The position numbers and the translations under genes were made by a program. From contig NC_052158.1 of assembly GCF_902713615.1 (NCBI RefSeq), forward strand, positions 32,405,990 through 32,469,989: a DNA stretch of 64,000 nt, written 5' to 3'. This document shows, in pieces, positions 36,901 through 50,173 of this stretch. The notes under the pieces are model-generated. The model had not been told where the DNA came from and ran no database searches. It worked only from the letters and a program-made list of their open reading frames with translations. Within the stretch, counting starts at the first letter, position 1; each line of letters begins with the position of its first letter. The DNA comes from Scyliorhinus canicula. Lineage: Eukaryota.

Positions 36901-39900
36901 AGTGCGGTCAGCCTAAGTTGAAGGTGAATCTGCGAAGAAGACCCGAGGAGTTTGAGTGAAGGCAATCATCCAGCAGAGGGCAGCAGAGCAGAGCTACTGA
37001 TCAGCTGTTCTGGGGAAATTTGCATACGTGCAGTGCGGTCAGCCTAAGTTGAGGGTGAATCTGCGAAGAAGACCCGAGGAGTTTGAGTGAAGGCAATCAT
37101 CCAGCAGAGGGCAGCAGAGCAGAGCTACTGATCAGCTGTTCTGGGGAAATTTGCATACGTGCAGTGCGGTCAGCCTAAGTTGAGGGTGAATCTGCGAAGA
37201 AGACCCGAGGAGTTTGAGTGAAGGCAATCATCCAGCAGAGGGCAGCAGAGCAGAGCTACTGATCAGCTGTTCTGGGGAAATTTGCATACGTGCAGTGCGG
37301 TCAGCCTAAGTTGAGGGTGAATCTGCGAAGAAGACCCGAGGAGTTTGAGTGAAGGCAATCATCCAGCAGAGGGCAGCAGAGCAGAGCTACTGATCAGCTG
37401 TTCTGGGGAAATTTGCATACGTGCAGTGCGGTCAGCCTAAGTTGAGGGTGAATCTGCGAAGAAGACCCGAGGAGTTTGAGTGAAGGCAATCATCCAGCAG
37501 AGGGCAGCAGAGCAGAGCTACTGATCAGCTGTTCTGGGGAAATTTGCATACGTGCAGTGCGGTCAGCCTAAGTGAGGGTGAATCTGCGAAAAAGACCCGA
37601 GGAGTTTGAGTGAAGGCAATCATCCAGCAGAGAGCAGCAGAGCAGAGCTACTGATCCAGCTGTTCTGGGGAAATTTGCATACGTGCAGTGCGGTCAGCCT
37701 AAGTTGAGGGTGAATCTGCGAAGAAGACCCGAGAATTTGAGTGAAGGCAATCATCCAGCAGAGGGCAGCAGAGCAGAGCTACTGATCAGCTGTTCTGGGG
37801 AAATTTGCATACGTGCAGTGCGGTCAGCCTAAGTTGAGGGTGAATCTGCGAAGAAGACCCGAGGAGTTTGAGTGAAGGCAATCATCCAGCAGAGGGCAGC
37901 AGAGCAGAGCTACTGATCAGCTGTTCTGGGGAAATTTGCATACGTGCAGTGCGGTCAGCATAAGTTGAGGGTGAATCTGCGAAGAAGACCCGAGGAGTTG
38001 AGTGAAGGCAATCATCCAGCAGAGGGCAGCAGAGCAGAGCTACTGATCAGCTGTTCTGGGGAAATTTGCATACGTGCAGTGCGGTCAGCCTAAGTTGAGG
38101 GTGAATCTGCGAAGAAGACCCGAGGAGTTGAGTGAAGGCAATCATCCAGCAGAGGGCAGCAGAGCAGAGCTACTGATCAGCTGTTCTGGGGAAATTTGCA
38201 TACGTGCAGTGCGGTCAGCCTAAGTTGAAGGTGAATCTGCGAAGAAGACCCGAGGAGTTTGAGTGAAGGCAATCATCCAGCAGAGGGCAGCAGAGCAGAG
38301 CTACTGATCAGCTGTTCTGGGGAAATTTGCATACGTGCAGTGCGGTCAGCCTAAGTTGAGGGTGAATCTGCGAAGAAGACCCGAGGAGTTTGAGTGAAGG
38401 CAATCATCCAGCAGAGGGCAGCAGAGCAGAGCTACTGATCAGCTGTTCTGGGGAATTTGCATACGTGCAGTGCGGTCAGCCTAAGTTGAGGGTGAATCTG
38501 CGAAGAAGACCCGAGGAGTTTGAGTGAAGGCAATCATCCAGCAGAGGGCAGCAGAGCAGAGCTACTGATCAGCTGTTCTGGGGAAATTTGCATACGTGCA
38601 GTGCGGTCAGCCTAAGTTGAGGGTGAATCTGCGAAGAAGACCCGAGGAGTTTGAGTGAAGGCAATCATCCAGCAGAGGGCAGCAGAGCAGAGCTACTGAT
38701 CAGCTGTTCTGGGGAAATTTGCATACGTGCAGTGCGGTCAGCCTAAGTTGAGGGTGAATCTGCGAAGAAGACCCGAGGAGTTTGAGTGAAGGCAATCATC
38801 CAGCAGAGGGCAGCAGAGCAGAGCTACTGATCAGCTGTTCTGGGGAAATTTGCATACGTGCAGTGCGGTCAGCCTAAGTTGAGGGTGAATCTGCGAAGAA
38901 GACCCGAGGAGTTTGAGTGAAGGCAATCATCCAGCAGAGGGCAGCAGAGCAGAGCTACTGATCAGCTGTTCTGGGGAAATTTGCATACGTGCAGTGCGGT
39001 CAGCCTAAGTTGAGGGTGAATCTGCGAAGAAGACCCGAGGAGTTTGAGTGAAGGCAATCATCCAGCAGAGGGCAGCAGAGCAGAGCTACTGATCAGCTGT
39101 TCTGGGGAAATTTGCATACGTGCAGTGCGGTCAGCCTAAGTTGAGGGTGAATCTGCGAAGAAGACCCGAGGAGTTTGAGTGAAGGCAATCATCCAGCAGA
39201 GGGCAGCAGAGCAGAGCTACTGATCAGCTGTTCTGGGGAAATTTGCATACGTGCAGTGCGGTCAGCCTAAGTTGAGGGTGAATCTGCGAAGAAGACCCGA
39301 GGAGTTTGAGTGAAGGCAATCATCCAGCAGAGGGCAGCAGAGCAGAGCTACTGATCAGCTGTTCTGGGGAAATTTGCATACGTGCAGTGCGGTCAGCCTA
39401 AGTTGAGGGTGAATCTGCGAAGAAGACCCGAGGAGTTTGAGTGAAGGCAATCATCCAGCAGAGGGCAGCAGAGCAGAGCTACTGATCAGCTGTTCTGGGG
39501 AAATTTGCATACGTGCAGTGCGGTCAGCCTAAGTTGAGGGTGAATCTGCGAAGAAGACCCGAGGAGTTTGAGTGAAGGCAATCATCCAGCAGAGGGCAGC
39601 AGAGCAGAGCTACTGATCAGCTGTTCTGGGGAAATTTGCATACGTTGCAGTGCGGTCAGCCTAAGTTGAGGGTGAATCTGCGAAGAAGACCCGAGGAGTT
39701 TGAGTGAAGGCAATCATCCAGCAGAGGGCAGCAGAGCAGAGCTACTGATCAGCTGTTCTGGGGAAATTTGCATACGTGCAGTGCGGTCAGCCTAAGTTGA
39801 GGGTGAATCTGCGAAGAAGACCCGAGGAGTTTGAGTGAAGGCAATCATCCAGCAGAGGGCAGCAGAGCAGAGCTACTGATCAGCTGTTCTGGGGAAATTT

Positions 39901-42900
39901 GCATACGTGCAGTGCGGTCAGCCTAAGTTGAGGGTGAATCTGCGAAGAAGACCCGAGGAGTTTGAGTGAAGGCAATCATCCAGCAGAGGGCAGCAGAGCA
40001 GAGCTACTGATCAGCTGTTCTGGGGAAATTTGCATACGTGCAGTGCGGTCAGCCTAAGTTGAGGGTGAATCTGCGAAGAAGACCCGAGGAGTTTGAGTGA
40101 AGGCAATCATCCAGCAGAGGGCAGCAGAGCAGAGCTACTGATCAGCTGTTCTGGGGAAATTTGCATACGTGCAGTGCGGTCAGCCTAAGTTGAGGGTGAA
40201 TCTGCGAAGAAGACCCGAGGAGTTTGAGTGAAGGCAATCATCCAGCAGAGGGCAGCAGAGCAGAGCTACTGATCAGCTGTTCTGGGGAAATTTGCATACG
40301 TGCAGTGCGGTCAGCCTAAGTTGAGGGTGAATCTGCGAAGAAGACCCGAGGAGTTTGAGTGAAGGCAATCATCCAGCAGAGGGCAGCAGAGCAGAGCTAC
40401 TGATCAGCTGTTCTGGGGAAATTTGCATACGTGCAGTGCGGTCAGCCTAAGTTGAGGGTGAATCTGCGAAGAAGACCCGAGGAGTTTGAGTGAAGGCAAT
40501 CATCCAGCAGAGGGCAGCAGAGCAGAGCTACTGATCAGCTGTTCTGGGGAAATTTGCATACGTGCAGTGCGGTCAGCCTAAGTTGAAGGTGAATCTGCGA
40601 AGAAGACCCGAGGAGTTTGAGTGAAGGCAATCATCCAGCAGAGGGCAGCAGAGCAGAGCTACTGATCAGCTGTTCTGGGAAATTTGCATACGTGCAGTGC
40701 GGTCAGCCTAAGTTGAAGGTGAATCTGCGAAGAAGACCCGAGGAGTTTGAGTGAAGGCAATCATCCAGCAGAGGGCAGCAGAGCAGAGCTACTGATCAGC
40801 TGTTCTGGGGAAATTTGCATACGTGCAGTGCGGTCAGCCTAAGTTGAGGGTGAATCTGCGAAGAAGACCCGAGGAGTTTGAGTGAAGGCAATCATCCAGC
40901 AGAGGGCAGCAGAGCAGAGCTACTGATCAGCTGTTCTGGGGAAATTTGCATACGTGCAGTGCGGTCAGCATAAGTTGAGGGTGAATCTGCGAAGAAGACC
41001 CGAGGAGTTTGAGTGAAGGCAATCATCCAGCAGAGGGCAGCAGAGCAGAGCTACTGATCAGCTGTTCTGGGGAAATTTGCATACGTGCAGTGCGGTCAGC
41101 CTAAGTTGAGGGTGAATCTGCGAAGAAGACCCGAGGAGTTTGAGTGAAGGCAATCATCCAGCAGAGGGCAGCAGAGCAGAGCTACTGATCAGCTGTTCTG
41201 GGGAAATTTGCATACGTGCAGTGCGGTCAGCCTAAGTTGAGGGTGAATCTGCGAAGAAGACCCGAGGAGTTTGAGTGAAGGCAATCATCCAGCAGAGGGC
41301 AGCAGAGCAGAGCTACTGATCAGCTGTTCTGGGGAAATTTGCATACGTGCAGTGCGGTCAGCCTAAGTTGAGGGTGAATCTGCGAAGAAGACCCGAGGAG
41401 TTTGAGTGAAGGCAATCATCCAGCAGAGGGCAGCAGAGCAGAGCTACTGATCAGCTGTTCTGGGGAAATTTGCATACGTGCAGTGCGGTCAGCCTAAGTT
41501 GAGGGTGAATCTGCGAAGAAGACCCGAGGAGTTTGAGTGAAGGCAATCATCCAGCAGAGGGCAGCAGAGCAGAGCTACTGATCAGCTGTTCTGGGGAAAT
41601 TTGCATACGTGCAGTGCGGTCAGCCTAAGTTGAGGGTGAATCTGCGAAGAAGACCCGAGGAGTTTGAGTGAAGGCAATCATCCAGCAGAGGGCAGCAGAG
41701 CAGAGCTACTGATCAGCTGTTCTGGGGAAATTTGCATACGTGCAGTGCGGTCAGCCTAAGTTGAGGGTGAATCTGCGAAGAAGACCCGAGGAGTTTGAGT
41801 GAAGGCAATCATCCAGCAGAGGGCAGCAGAGCAGAGCTACTGATCAGCTGTTCTGGGGAAATTTGCATACGTGCAGTGCGGTCAGCCTAAGTTGAGGGTG
41901 AATCTGCGAAGAAGACCCGAGGAGTTTGAGTGAAGGCAATCATCCAGCAGAGGGCAGCAGAGCAGAGCTACTGATCAGCTGTTCTGGGGAAATTTGCATA
42001 CGTGCAGTGCGGTCAGCCTAAGTTGAGGGTGAATCTGCGAAGAAGACCCGAGGAGTTTGAGTGAAGGCAATCATCCAGCAGAGGGCAGCAGAGCAGAGCT
42101 ACTGATCAGCTGTTCTGGGGAAATTTGCATACGTGCAGTGCGGTCAGCCTAAGTTGAGGGTGAATCTGCGAAGAAGACCCGAGGAGTTTGAGTGAAGGCA
42201 ATCATCCAGCAGAGGGCAGCAGAGCAGAGCTACTGATCAGCTGTTCTGGGGAAATTTGCATACGTGCAGTGCGGTCAGCCTAAGTTGAGGGTGAATCTGC
42301 GAAGAAGACCCGAGGAGTTTGAGTGAAGGCAATCATCCAGCAGAGGGCAGCAGAGCAGAGCTACTGATCAGCTGTTCTGGGGAAATTTGCATACGTGCAG
42401 TGCGGTCAGCCTAAGTTGAGGGTGAATCTGCGAAGAAGACCCGAGGAGTTTGAGTGAAGGCAATCATCCAGCAGAGGGCAGCAGAGCAGAGCTACTGATC
42501 AGCTGTTCTGGGGAAATTTGCATACGTGCAGTGCGGTCAGCCTAAGTTGAGGGTGAATCTGCGAAGAAGACCCGAGGAGTTTGAGTGAAGGCAATCATCC
42601 AGCAGAGGGCAGCAGAGCAGAGCTACTGATCAGCTGTTCTGGGGAAATTTGCATACGTGCAGTGCGGTCAGCCTAAGTTGAGGGTGAATCTGCGAAGAAG
42701 ACCCGAGGAGTTTGAGTGAAGGCAATCATCCAGCAGAGGGCAGCAGAGCAGAGCTACTGATCAGCTGTTCTGGGGAAATTTGCATACGTGCAGTGCGGTC
42801 AGCCTAAGTTGAGGGTGAATCTGCGAAGAAGACCCGAGGAGTTTGAGTGAAGGCAATCATCCAGCAGAGGGCAGCAGAGCAGAGCTACTGATCAGCTGTT

Positions 42901-44633
42901 CTGGGGAAATTTGCATACGTGCAGTGCGGTCAGCCTAAGTTGAAGGTGAATCTGCGAAGAAGACCCGAGGAGTTTGAGTGAAGGCAATCATCCAGCAGAG
43001 GGCAGCAGAGCAGAGCTACTGATCAGCTGTTCTGGGGAAATTTGCATACGTGCAGTGCGGTCAGCCTAAGTTGAAGGTGAATCTGCGAAGAAGACCCGAG
43101 GAGTTTGAGTGAAGGCAATCATCCAGCAGAGGGCAGCAGAGCAGAGCTACTGATCAGCTGTTCTGGGGAAATTTGCATACGTGCAGTGCGGTCAGCCTAA
43201 GTTGAAGGTGAATCTGCGAAGAAGACCCGAGGAGTTTGAGTGAAGGCAATCATCCAGCAGAGGGCAGCAGAGCAGAGCTACTGATCAGCTGTTCTGGGGA
43301 AATTTGCATACGTGCAGTGCGGTCAGCCTAAGTTGAAGGTGAATCTGCGAAGAAGACCCGAGGAGTTTGAGTGAAGGCAATCATCCAGCAGAGGGCAGCA
43401 GAGCAGAGCTACTGATCAGCTGTTCTGGGGAAATTTGCATACGTGCAGTGCGGTCAGCCTAAGTTGAAGGTGAATCTGCGAAGAAGACCCGAGGAGTTTG
43501 AGTGAAGGCAATCATCCAGCAGAGGGCAGCAGAGCAGAGCTACTGATCAGCTGTTCTGGGGAAATTTGCATACGTGCAGTGCGGTCAGCCTAAGTTGAAG
43601 GTGAATCTGCGAAGAAGACCCGAGGAGTTTGAGTGAAGGCAATCATCCAGCAGAGGGCAGCAGAGCAGAGCTACTGATCAGCTGTTCTGGGGAAATTTGC
43701 ATACGTGCAGTGCGGTCAGCCTAAGTTGAAGGTGAATCTGCGAAGAAGACCCGAGGAGTTTGAGTGAAGGCAATCATCCAGCAGAGGGCAGCAGAGCAGA
43801 GCTACTGATCAGCTGTTCTGGGGAAATTTGCATACGTGCAGTGCGGTCAGCCTAAGTTGAAGGTGAATCTGCGAAGAAGACCCGAGGAGTTTGAGTGAAG
43901 GCAATCATCCAGCAGAGGGCAGCAGAGCAGAGCTACTGATCAGCTGTTCTGGGGAAATTTGCATACGTGCAGTGCGGTCAGCCTAAGTTGAAGGTGAATC
44001 TGCGAAGAAGACCCGAGGAGTTTGAGTGAAGGCAATCATCCAGCAGAGGGCAGCAGAGCAGAGCTACTGATCAGCTGTTCTGGGGAAATTTGCATACGTG
44101 CAGTGCGGTCAGCCTAAGTTGAAGGTGAATCTGCGAAGAAGACCCGAGGAGTTTGAGTGAAGGCAATCATCCAGCAGAGGGCAGCAGAGCAGAGCTACTG
44201 ATCAGCTGTTCTGGGGAAATTTGCATACGTGCAGTGCGGTCAGCCTAAGTTGAAGGTGAATCTGCGAAGAAGACCCGAGGAGTTTGAGTGAAGGCAATCA
44301 TCCAGCAGAGGGCAGCAGAGCAGAGCTACTGATCAGCTGTTCTGGGGAAATTTGCATACGTGCAGTGCGGTCAGCCTAAGTTGAAGGTGAATCTGCGAAG
44401 AAGACCCGAGGAGTTTGAGTGAAGGCAATCATCCAGCAGAGGGCAGCAGAGCAGAGCTACTGATCAGCTGTTCTGGGGAAATTTGCATACGTGCAGTGCG
44501 GTCAGCCTAAGTTGAAGGTGAATCTGCGAAGAAGACCCGAGGAGTTTGAGTGAAGGCAATCATCCAGCAGAGGGCAGCAGAGCAGAGCTACTGATCAGCT
44601 GTTCTGGGGAAATTTGCATACGTGCAGTGCGGT
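27930..44633 (+). repeat. Tandem array of a 131-bp unit, about 127 copies, near-identical
   Basis: Period measured at 27931, 28062 and 28193. Unit AGGCAATCATCCAGCAGAGGGCAGCAGAGCAGAGCTACTGATCAGCTGTTCTGGGGAAATTTGCATACGTGCAGTGCGGTCAGCCTAAGTTGA(A/G)GGTGAATCTGCGAAGAAGACCCGAGGAGTTTGAGTGA. The ORF track has no ORF wholly inside it. Confidence 0.99.
27938..27993 (+). promoter_or_regulatory. CTCF motif + E-box + octamer cassette (first of about 127 copies)
   Basis: CCAGCAGAGGGCAGC (27938-27952) fits CTCF consensus CCASYAGRKGGCRS; CAGCTG at 27970-27975; ATTTGCAT at 27986-27993. Binding is inferred, not shown. Confidence 0.65.
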
Positions 44634-44879
44634 GTTTCCCCAGGCTACATATCAGAGGTGGAGGCTGCCAGCTGCTTCCCACGTCCCATGGCCTTGGACA
44701 TCCTCTGGGGCCAAAAGGCCCCAACGCACTTGCCAGCGGCATGTGCAAAGCCGTGCCGCTCTGTACCGGGTGCTGACTGCGAAACGCGGGGTCGACAGAG
44801 TGTGGAACTGTCGCCACTCCATCAGATGGGCACCCATACCTTGGAATACATCGGGGAACTTTGCTCATATGTCCTCAAT

Positions 44880-45870
44880 GTCTTCATGCACAGGAACACG
44901 TAATTTGTCGGTGCTCTGAATTCATTCCACAAGGTTTAAGTCTTGACTTGCTTGAACATCTAATAGTGATGAACATCTAGCATCAACTATTTCAAATCAC
45001 AAAGGCATCCCTGTGTCTTTGTTTCTTACCAAGACATAACATGAACCCAAGTAAGTAACCGTGTTGCCATTGGAGTCACTCAATTGGCGGTCAGGGTGTT
45101 GAATCTTAGGAAGCCTATGTAGCTTCGATAAATCAAAGTTGTTAATTAAATTAGCATTTGCACCAGTGTCAAGTTTGAAAACAATCTCGGATCAATTAAC
45201 TTGTAATGGAATGTTCCATTTATCTTCCGAGTTGATGGATTTTATAGGATGCAATATCTGTGGAGAAGAATTGCACTTCAAAATTGTCTGATTCTTTTCA
45301 ATAATGTCAACAAAAAATGTACCTTCAAGAGAGTAGATATCTGCAACAGTATCAGGTTTCACCATTTTTGATGTACCTTTATTTGTATTAATATTCATAT
45401 TTTTGTTGAATGAGATGATTTAAATTGAGAACGTTTTGTCGCTGAATGGCACTGCGTAGCGAAATGATTCTGTTGACCGCATTTGTAATAGATTATTCTG
45501 AAAGTTGGGCATTTTCTCTGTGGGTGGGCGTGTCCACAACATGTCTGGATGAGCAGATGCAACAGGCTTGCAATCAACGTCAGGGCGCATTTTCTTTTGA
45601 GAAAAGCTTTACATTTTTTTTTAAGATTCTGACTAATTCTTATTCAATGCTTTAGCTAAATACTGGAACCATGTGATGTTCCTTGTTGATTCCCTCAAGA
45701 TGGTCAAAAGTCATAGTGCTGACAAAGAACATCAAGCTATGTATTTCGCACAAAGCTAATTTATTTACACTTCTTTAAATGATTCGCACAACTTTACTAA
45801 GTAATAGCTAAGAAAATAACAGTATTAAATTTCTGCTACACAAATCTAAATGCTCTCACAATGCTGCCTA
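44880..45870 (-). mobile_element. Old Gypsy fragment (gag knuckle, protease, start of RT)
   Basis: CGHAHPQRKC...KCGQQNHFATQC; IVFKLDTGANANLI; heavily decayed; different lineage from the two full-length elements. Confidence 0.75.
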
Positions 45871-46689
45871 AGCTCTCCAATGCAATTCACACCTTATCTC
45901 AACCTTTCACTAACACCTTCTCCGAACCTTCTCCCAGAATCCCAGGAGTCACAGTATATTTATATGACAACGCTGTGATGTCATCTAGTGTTGAGATACA
46001 TGCACATCATCTTGTTAACCCTTTACACTCCCTACATTATACATATCACTACAATCACATTCTGTTCACTCTATTTTTGCCCCTACTTTAAAATGTGGAT
46101 TCCTGGTCATTCCTTTCTTAAAAGTCTTAAAATGTTCCACACCACAGTGGTATTAGTTTAGCACTGAGGCCTTTACAGAGACAGAAACTGAAAAATAAAT
46201 ATTGTTTATTGTAGAAATTGGAGCAAAGGTTCTGGTTTGAAAAACACAAAACAAAACACCCTCACACCTCCCAAAATATCTGATCCCCAGCAATTCATCC
46301 CTCCTGATCTCTGCCTTGGGGTTCAGCACAACAGCTTCTGCTTCACCACACTCTTCCCATCCCCCCCCCCCCTTACCCCCCTGTTGTATCTTCGGATTGT
46401 GAAGTTTTATTCAATTTACCGGTTGTTCTTGAGACACTGCTGAAACTCAGTAGAAATTCAAGTTAAAAACTTGTCAGGTGCAAATAAGAATTGTTTTATT
46501 TGAAGTTCATTGGTTACAACTTGAATTTAATTTAAAAGGTAGTTTGTAGACAATTTGATTTTCTTCAAAGAATCACAGGAATTATCTTCTGAGACAATAG
46601 CCTGAACACAACTTTAAAAGTCAAAGGCTGAAGTCAAAGTATGAAAATGAAATAGGAATACAGAACTCTTTTCTAATTCTCTTCCTTTA

Positions 46690-46797
46690 CTTTCTCTCTC
46701 TCTCTCTTTCTGTCTTTCTTCTCTTTGTCTCTTTCCTGTCTCTTTCTGTCTGTCTCTTTCTTCCTTTCTTTCTCTGTCTCTTTCTGTCTTTCTGTCT
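46690..46797. repeat. CT-rich microsatellite
   Basis: (TC)n/(TCTG)n/(TCTT)n mixture. Confidence 0.85.
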
Positions 46798-47499
46798 AAA
46801 ATGGTGGCCAAATCATCCATGGATATACTATTTCATATCTGTCTTAAGCGATCCGATCACACCCCAATATAATCCTAATTGGTTTAAGCTATATTCAAAA
46901 CACATTTGATTTGATAACAAACCATCCATCCTCATGATACAACGCCACTTCCAATTGCTGCTTATCTGCAACAATTGAGACGTTATGTCATCTCATCATA
47001 CTATAATTCCGAAAATATATTTGAAACTGTCTTAACACAGTCTAAAATGTTTCGGCTTGCATACGTTATGGAATGTGGTTCAGGCTGTTATCACAAGTGG
47101 CCAGAAATCAGAACAATGGAGCCTTTAATGCTTCCACCTTATTGCCATGGGATTCAGCCCATGCCCTTGGAAAAATGTGATGTTTTTATCAGTGGTTCTG
47201 TGTTTCCCAAACTCATGTCTGAGTTTGGATGAGTTTGGAAATTGTATGTTTCTTTCATTTAAAAACTGGGATTTAATATTTATGCTTTAAACAGCTTTTT
47301 TACCTATATTAAGTGTATTTAAAATACCTGACTTCTACACCCCCACACAAGGGTAAATCCCTGGACTATGCCAGGGAGCAGACGCCCTCGTTCCGCACGC
47401 TCACCCAACCTCACAGTGAAAGCATTCGGTGAAAAGTCTCCCAAAAAATGAATATAATTTCTGGCACAAGTTCCGTTAAGAAGCTCTCCCACTATTCTC

Positions 47500-47804
47500 C
47501 AGGAAAAGGGGGTGATGCGCCGGGAGCAACGCAGGGGAAGTCGCACCCAATGAGTGAATCAGCTGTGAGTGAGATGGATTCAAGAGTCTGTACAGGATAA
47601 ACAAGTTGAATCAGAACAGATTCCATCAGAGAAATATCTGATGCCATCACTACAGATCCATTTGCCCAGATATATATGTGCAGTTTGATCACTCGCTCGC
47701 TGTTATCTCGCTGAAATTGCATCTTCCCAGATTCTCTCATCCTCTGCTGCCGCTGATCTCGGCGACTGGTGTCCCCGGATTACCAACCGGAACACTGGAG
47801 GTCA
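47500..47804 (-). other. Probable terminal exon (exon 8 / 3' UTR) of class I locus 2
   Basis: Acceptor TTTCTCTTCCCCAG|TGAC; paralogous to 12220-12553; lies downstream of the 48-nt exon donor. The 3' end is not defined. Confidence 0.62.
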
Positions 47805-47959
47805 CTGGGGAAGAGAAAGAAATTAATCGCTATAGAGTGAGGCATATCCAGCAGACCTGGAACATCCCCAACAAAACCCATCAGATCCAGCTGACATCTC
47901 ACAAATACCAGCAGCAAAATCCATCAGACCCCAGATACCTAATAATGCAGAAACCTGGA

Positions 47960-49660
47960 AGAGTACAGAGTGCGTGGGAGTGAGATTAAAAGAGAAATTA
48001 GGAAAGAAAAGAGAGGGAATGAACAAAATGCTAGCAAATAAAATCAAGGAGTCTCCAGGGATGTTGAATAAGTAAATAAAGACAAAAGGATAAGGAAGGA
48101 GTAGGGCCTATTGGAGACCAATAATATAGTCTGTGTGGGAGGGCGGAGAATGTGGTTAGGTTGTTTATAAATACATTGTAACTGTCTTTGGAAAACATGG
48201 AGCAATGATGACAGCACTGTTAAGGAAGAAGAGTGAAATACTGGATCAGATAAACATTGTAGGAAACAATCATATTAAAGGAATTGACAACCATAAAATT
48301 GATAAATCAGCGGGTTAAAGAAACAAGGAGCAGTAATTTCAGAGGCTTTGACCATCAGAATCATTCTGTCTTAGTTACACTGAGGGTTAGCTCAGTTGGC
48401 TGGATGGCTGGTTTGAGATGCGGAGTGACACCAACAGTGCAGGTTCAAATCCAGTACAGGCTGAGGTTATTCATGAAGGCCCCGCCTTCTCAACATTGCC
48501 CCTTGCCTGAGGTGTGGTGACTCTCAAGTTAAATCACCACCAGTCAGCTCTCTCTCAAAGGGAAGAGCAGCCTATCATCCTCTGGGACAATAGCGACTTT
48601 CACAGGAGTGGTGGAAGTGGATCAAAGGGCTGCCAACATTATAAGAGGATTGAAAAGGGACAAAGAGATAATCTCAGTTGGATCGGTGTTTAACATTAGT
48701 GGTGAAATTATTTTTGGAATTAATTTTCAGGAAGGTACACACTTTCAGTCAGAAAGGCACAGATTAATCAAGGCAAGTTAGTATGGATTTGTTCCGGATA
48801 AGAGGTGAGAATGGAATTAATGAGGGCTATGTGTTGGACATGGTCAAAGTAGACTTCAACAACATTTGAGAGAAGATAGATTCAGGGAAGGTTCCACCTG
48901 GCAGGCTGCTCAGAAATGTAAAAACACTTGAGATCCGAGGGACAGTAACAAATCAGATTGCAAATTGCCCCATTAGCAAGTAGCAAAGCAAGTAGCAAAC
49001 AGAAACGATGAGATTGTACTGGAGAGAATGCAGAGGAGATAGTTAAATGTGGACACGACTGGAGAATGTTCACTGGGAGAAAAGACCGGAGAGGCTGGAA
49101 TAGGATTCTTTAGAATAGGGGAGGGTAAGGGGAGCTATAATTGGGGTTTATATAATTATGAGAAGCCATGGTAAATAAGGATGACGGGTGGGATTCGCTG
49201 CCACCAGCTGCGTTTTCCTGTGTGGCGTGCCCTTGCTGGCAGCGAGATGCTCCATTCCAGCAGCTGACCAGCCAATGGCCATGTTGGCCACCCCACGCAG
49301 TCAGGAAACCCATGACCGGGGTGTGCCACCGGAGAATTCCATTGGACTGATTTACATTAGTAAAGGGTCGAAAAACCAGGAGACACAGATTTAAAGTAAC
49401 TGATAGAAGCAACAGGAGAGATGAGGAAACTGTTTTTTCACTCAGGGGGTGGTAGGGATTTGGAAATCTCTGTCTGAAGGATGGAAGAGGCAGAAACTCC
49501 CACCGCATTTAACATTCTTGGATGTCGACTTGAGGAGCTGTGATCTGCAGGGCTGCAGACCGAGGACATGAAGGTGAGATTGGGCTAGGGAGCTCTTCAT
49601 TAATCTGCAGGGACATGATGGGCTGAATGGCCTCTTTCTGTGTTGTAAATTTCTAACTTT
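47960..49660 (+). mobile_element. Decayed CR1 LINE ORF2/3' end with nested SINE and MITE
   Basis: CR1-like segments (GATAAGGTTCCAC-type, GGGCTGAATGGCCTC tail), interrupted at ~48382-48602 and ~49186-49340. Confidence 0.65.
48382..48602 (+). mobile_element. tRNA-derived SINE (third family)
   Basis: A box GGGTTAGCTCAGTTGG, B box GGTTCAAATCC. Confidence 0.7.
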
Positions 49661-50125
49661 CAATTTCCAATCCTCAAATCAGCCGCCAAACCCCAGCAGA
49701 CCCCCAAACACCAGAAAAACCCTGTCAGATCCACCTTGCACCAGAAACACAGCAAAAATCAGACCCATGACACAACGTGACTATTGCTAAACCCTGGAGG
49801 ACTGACACTGACCAACTCAGCGAAAACTCAGGGAATTCAGACTTCCAAAAGGAATTCAAACAGCTTAGAGAAGGCTGTCCAGGGTGAGATGTTTCTGGAT
49901 GTCAACACCCACAATATCTCCATCCTCAGACCGTCGAGGACCAACCATTTCCAGAAGACCAGTCTCAATGCTCAATGCTGAATTGGATGAGTTTCTCTTT
50001 AGTGACTAGACACGGAGAGACGGACATGGAGCTCGCACTCCACCCACCAGATTATACAGTTAACACCAGTGGGAATATCCCCGTTAGAATGATCCACTCC
50101 CAATTCTATTCAACATTGTTCATAC

Positions 50126-50173
50126 CTCATAAATGTTCGGAGGAGCTGGATGAAGAATCCCTTTTATCACAAG
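50126..50173 (-). CDS. MHC class I cytoplasmic exon 7 with stop codon (locus 2)
   Basis: TTTAACAG|CT acceptor, 48 nt, (T)CDKRDSSSSSSEHL* then G|GTATG donor; in frame with the 33-nt exon. Confidence 0.85.

Noticed and set aside
27930-44633. CRISPR array or tandem RNA-gene cluster (5S, tRNA, snRNA)
   Set aside because: No unique spacers, vertebrate context, and no recognisable 5S/tRNA A-B box or snRNA body in the unit.
48382-48460. tRNA gene
   Set aside because: A/B boxes are present but there is no cloverleaf or terminator; it continues into a SINE body. The same applies to the other SINE heads.
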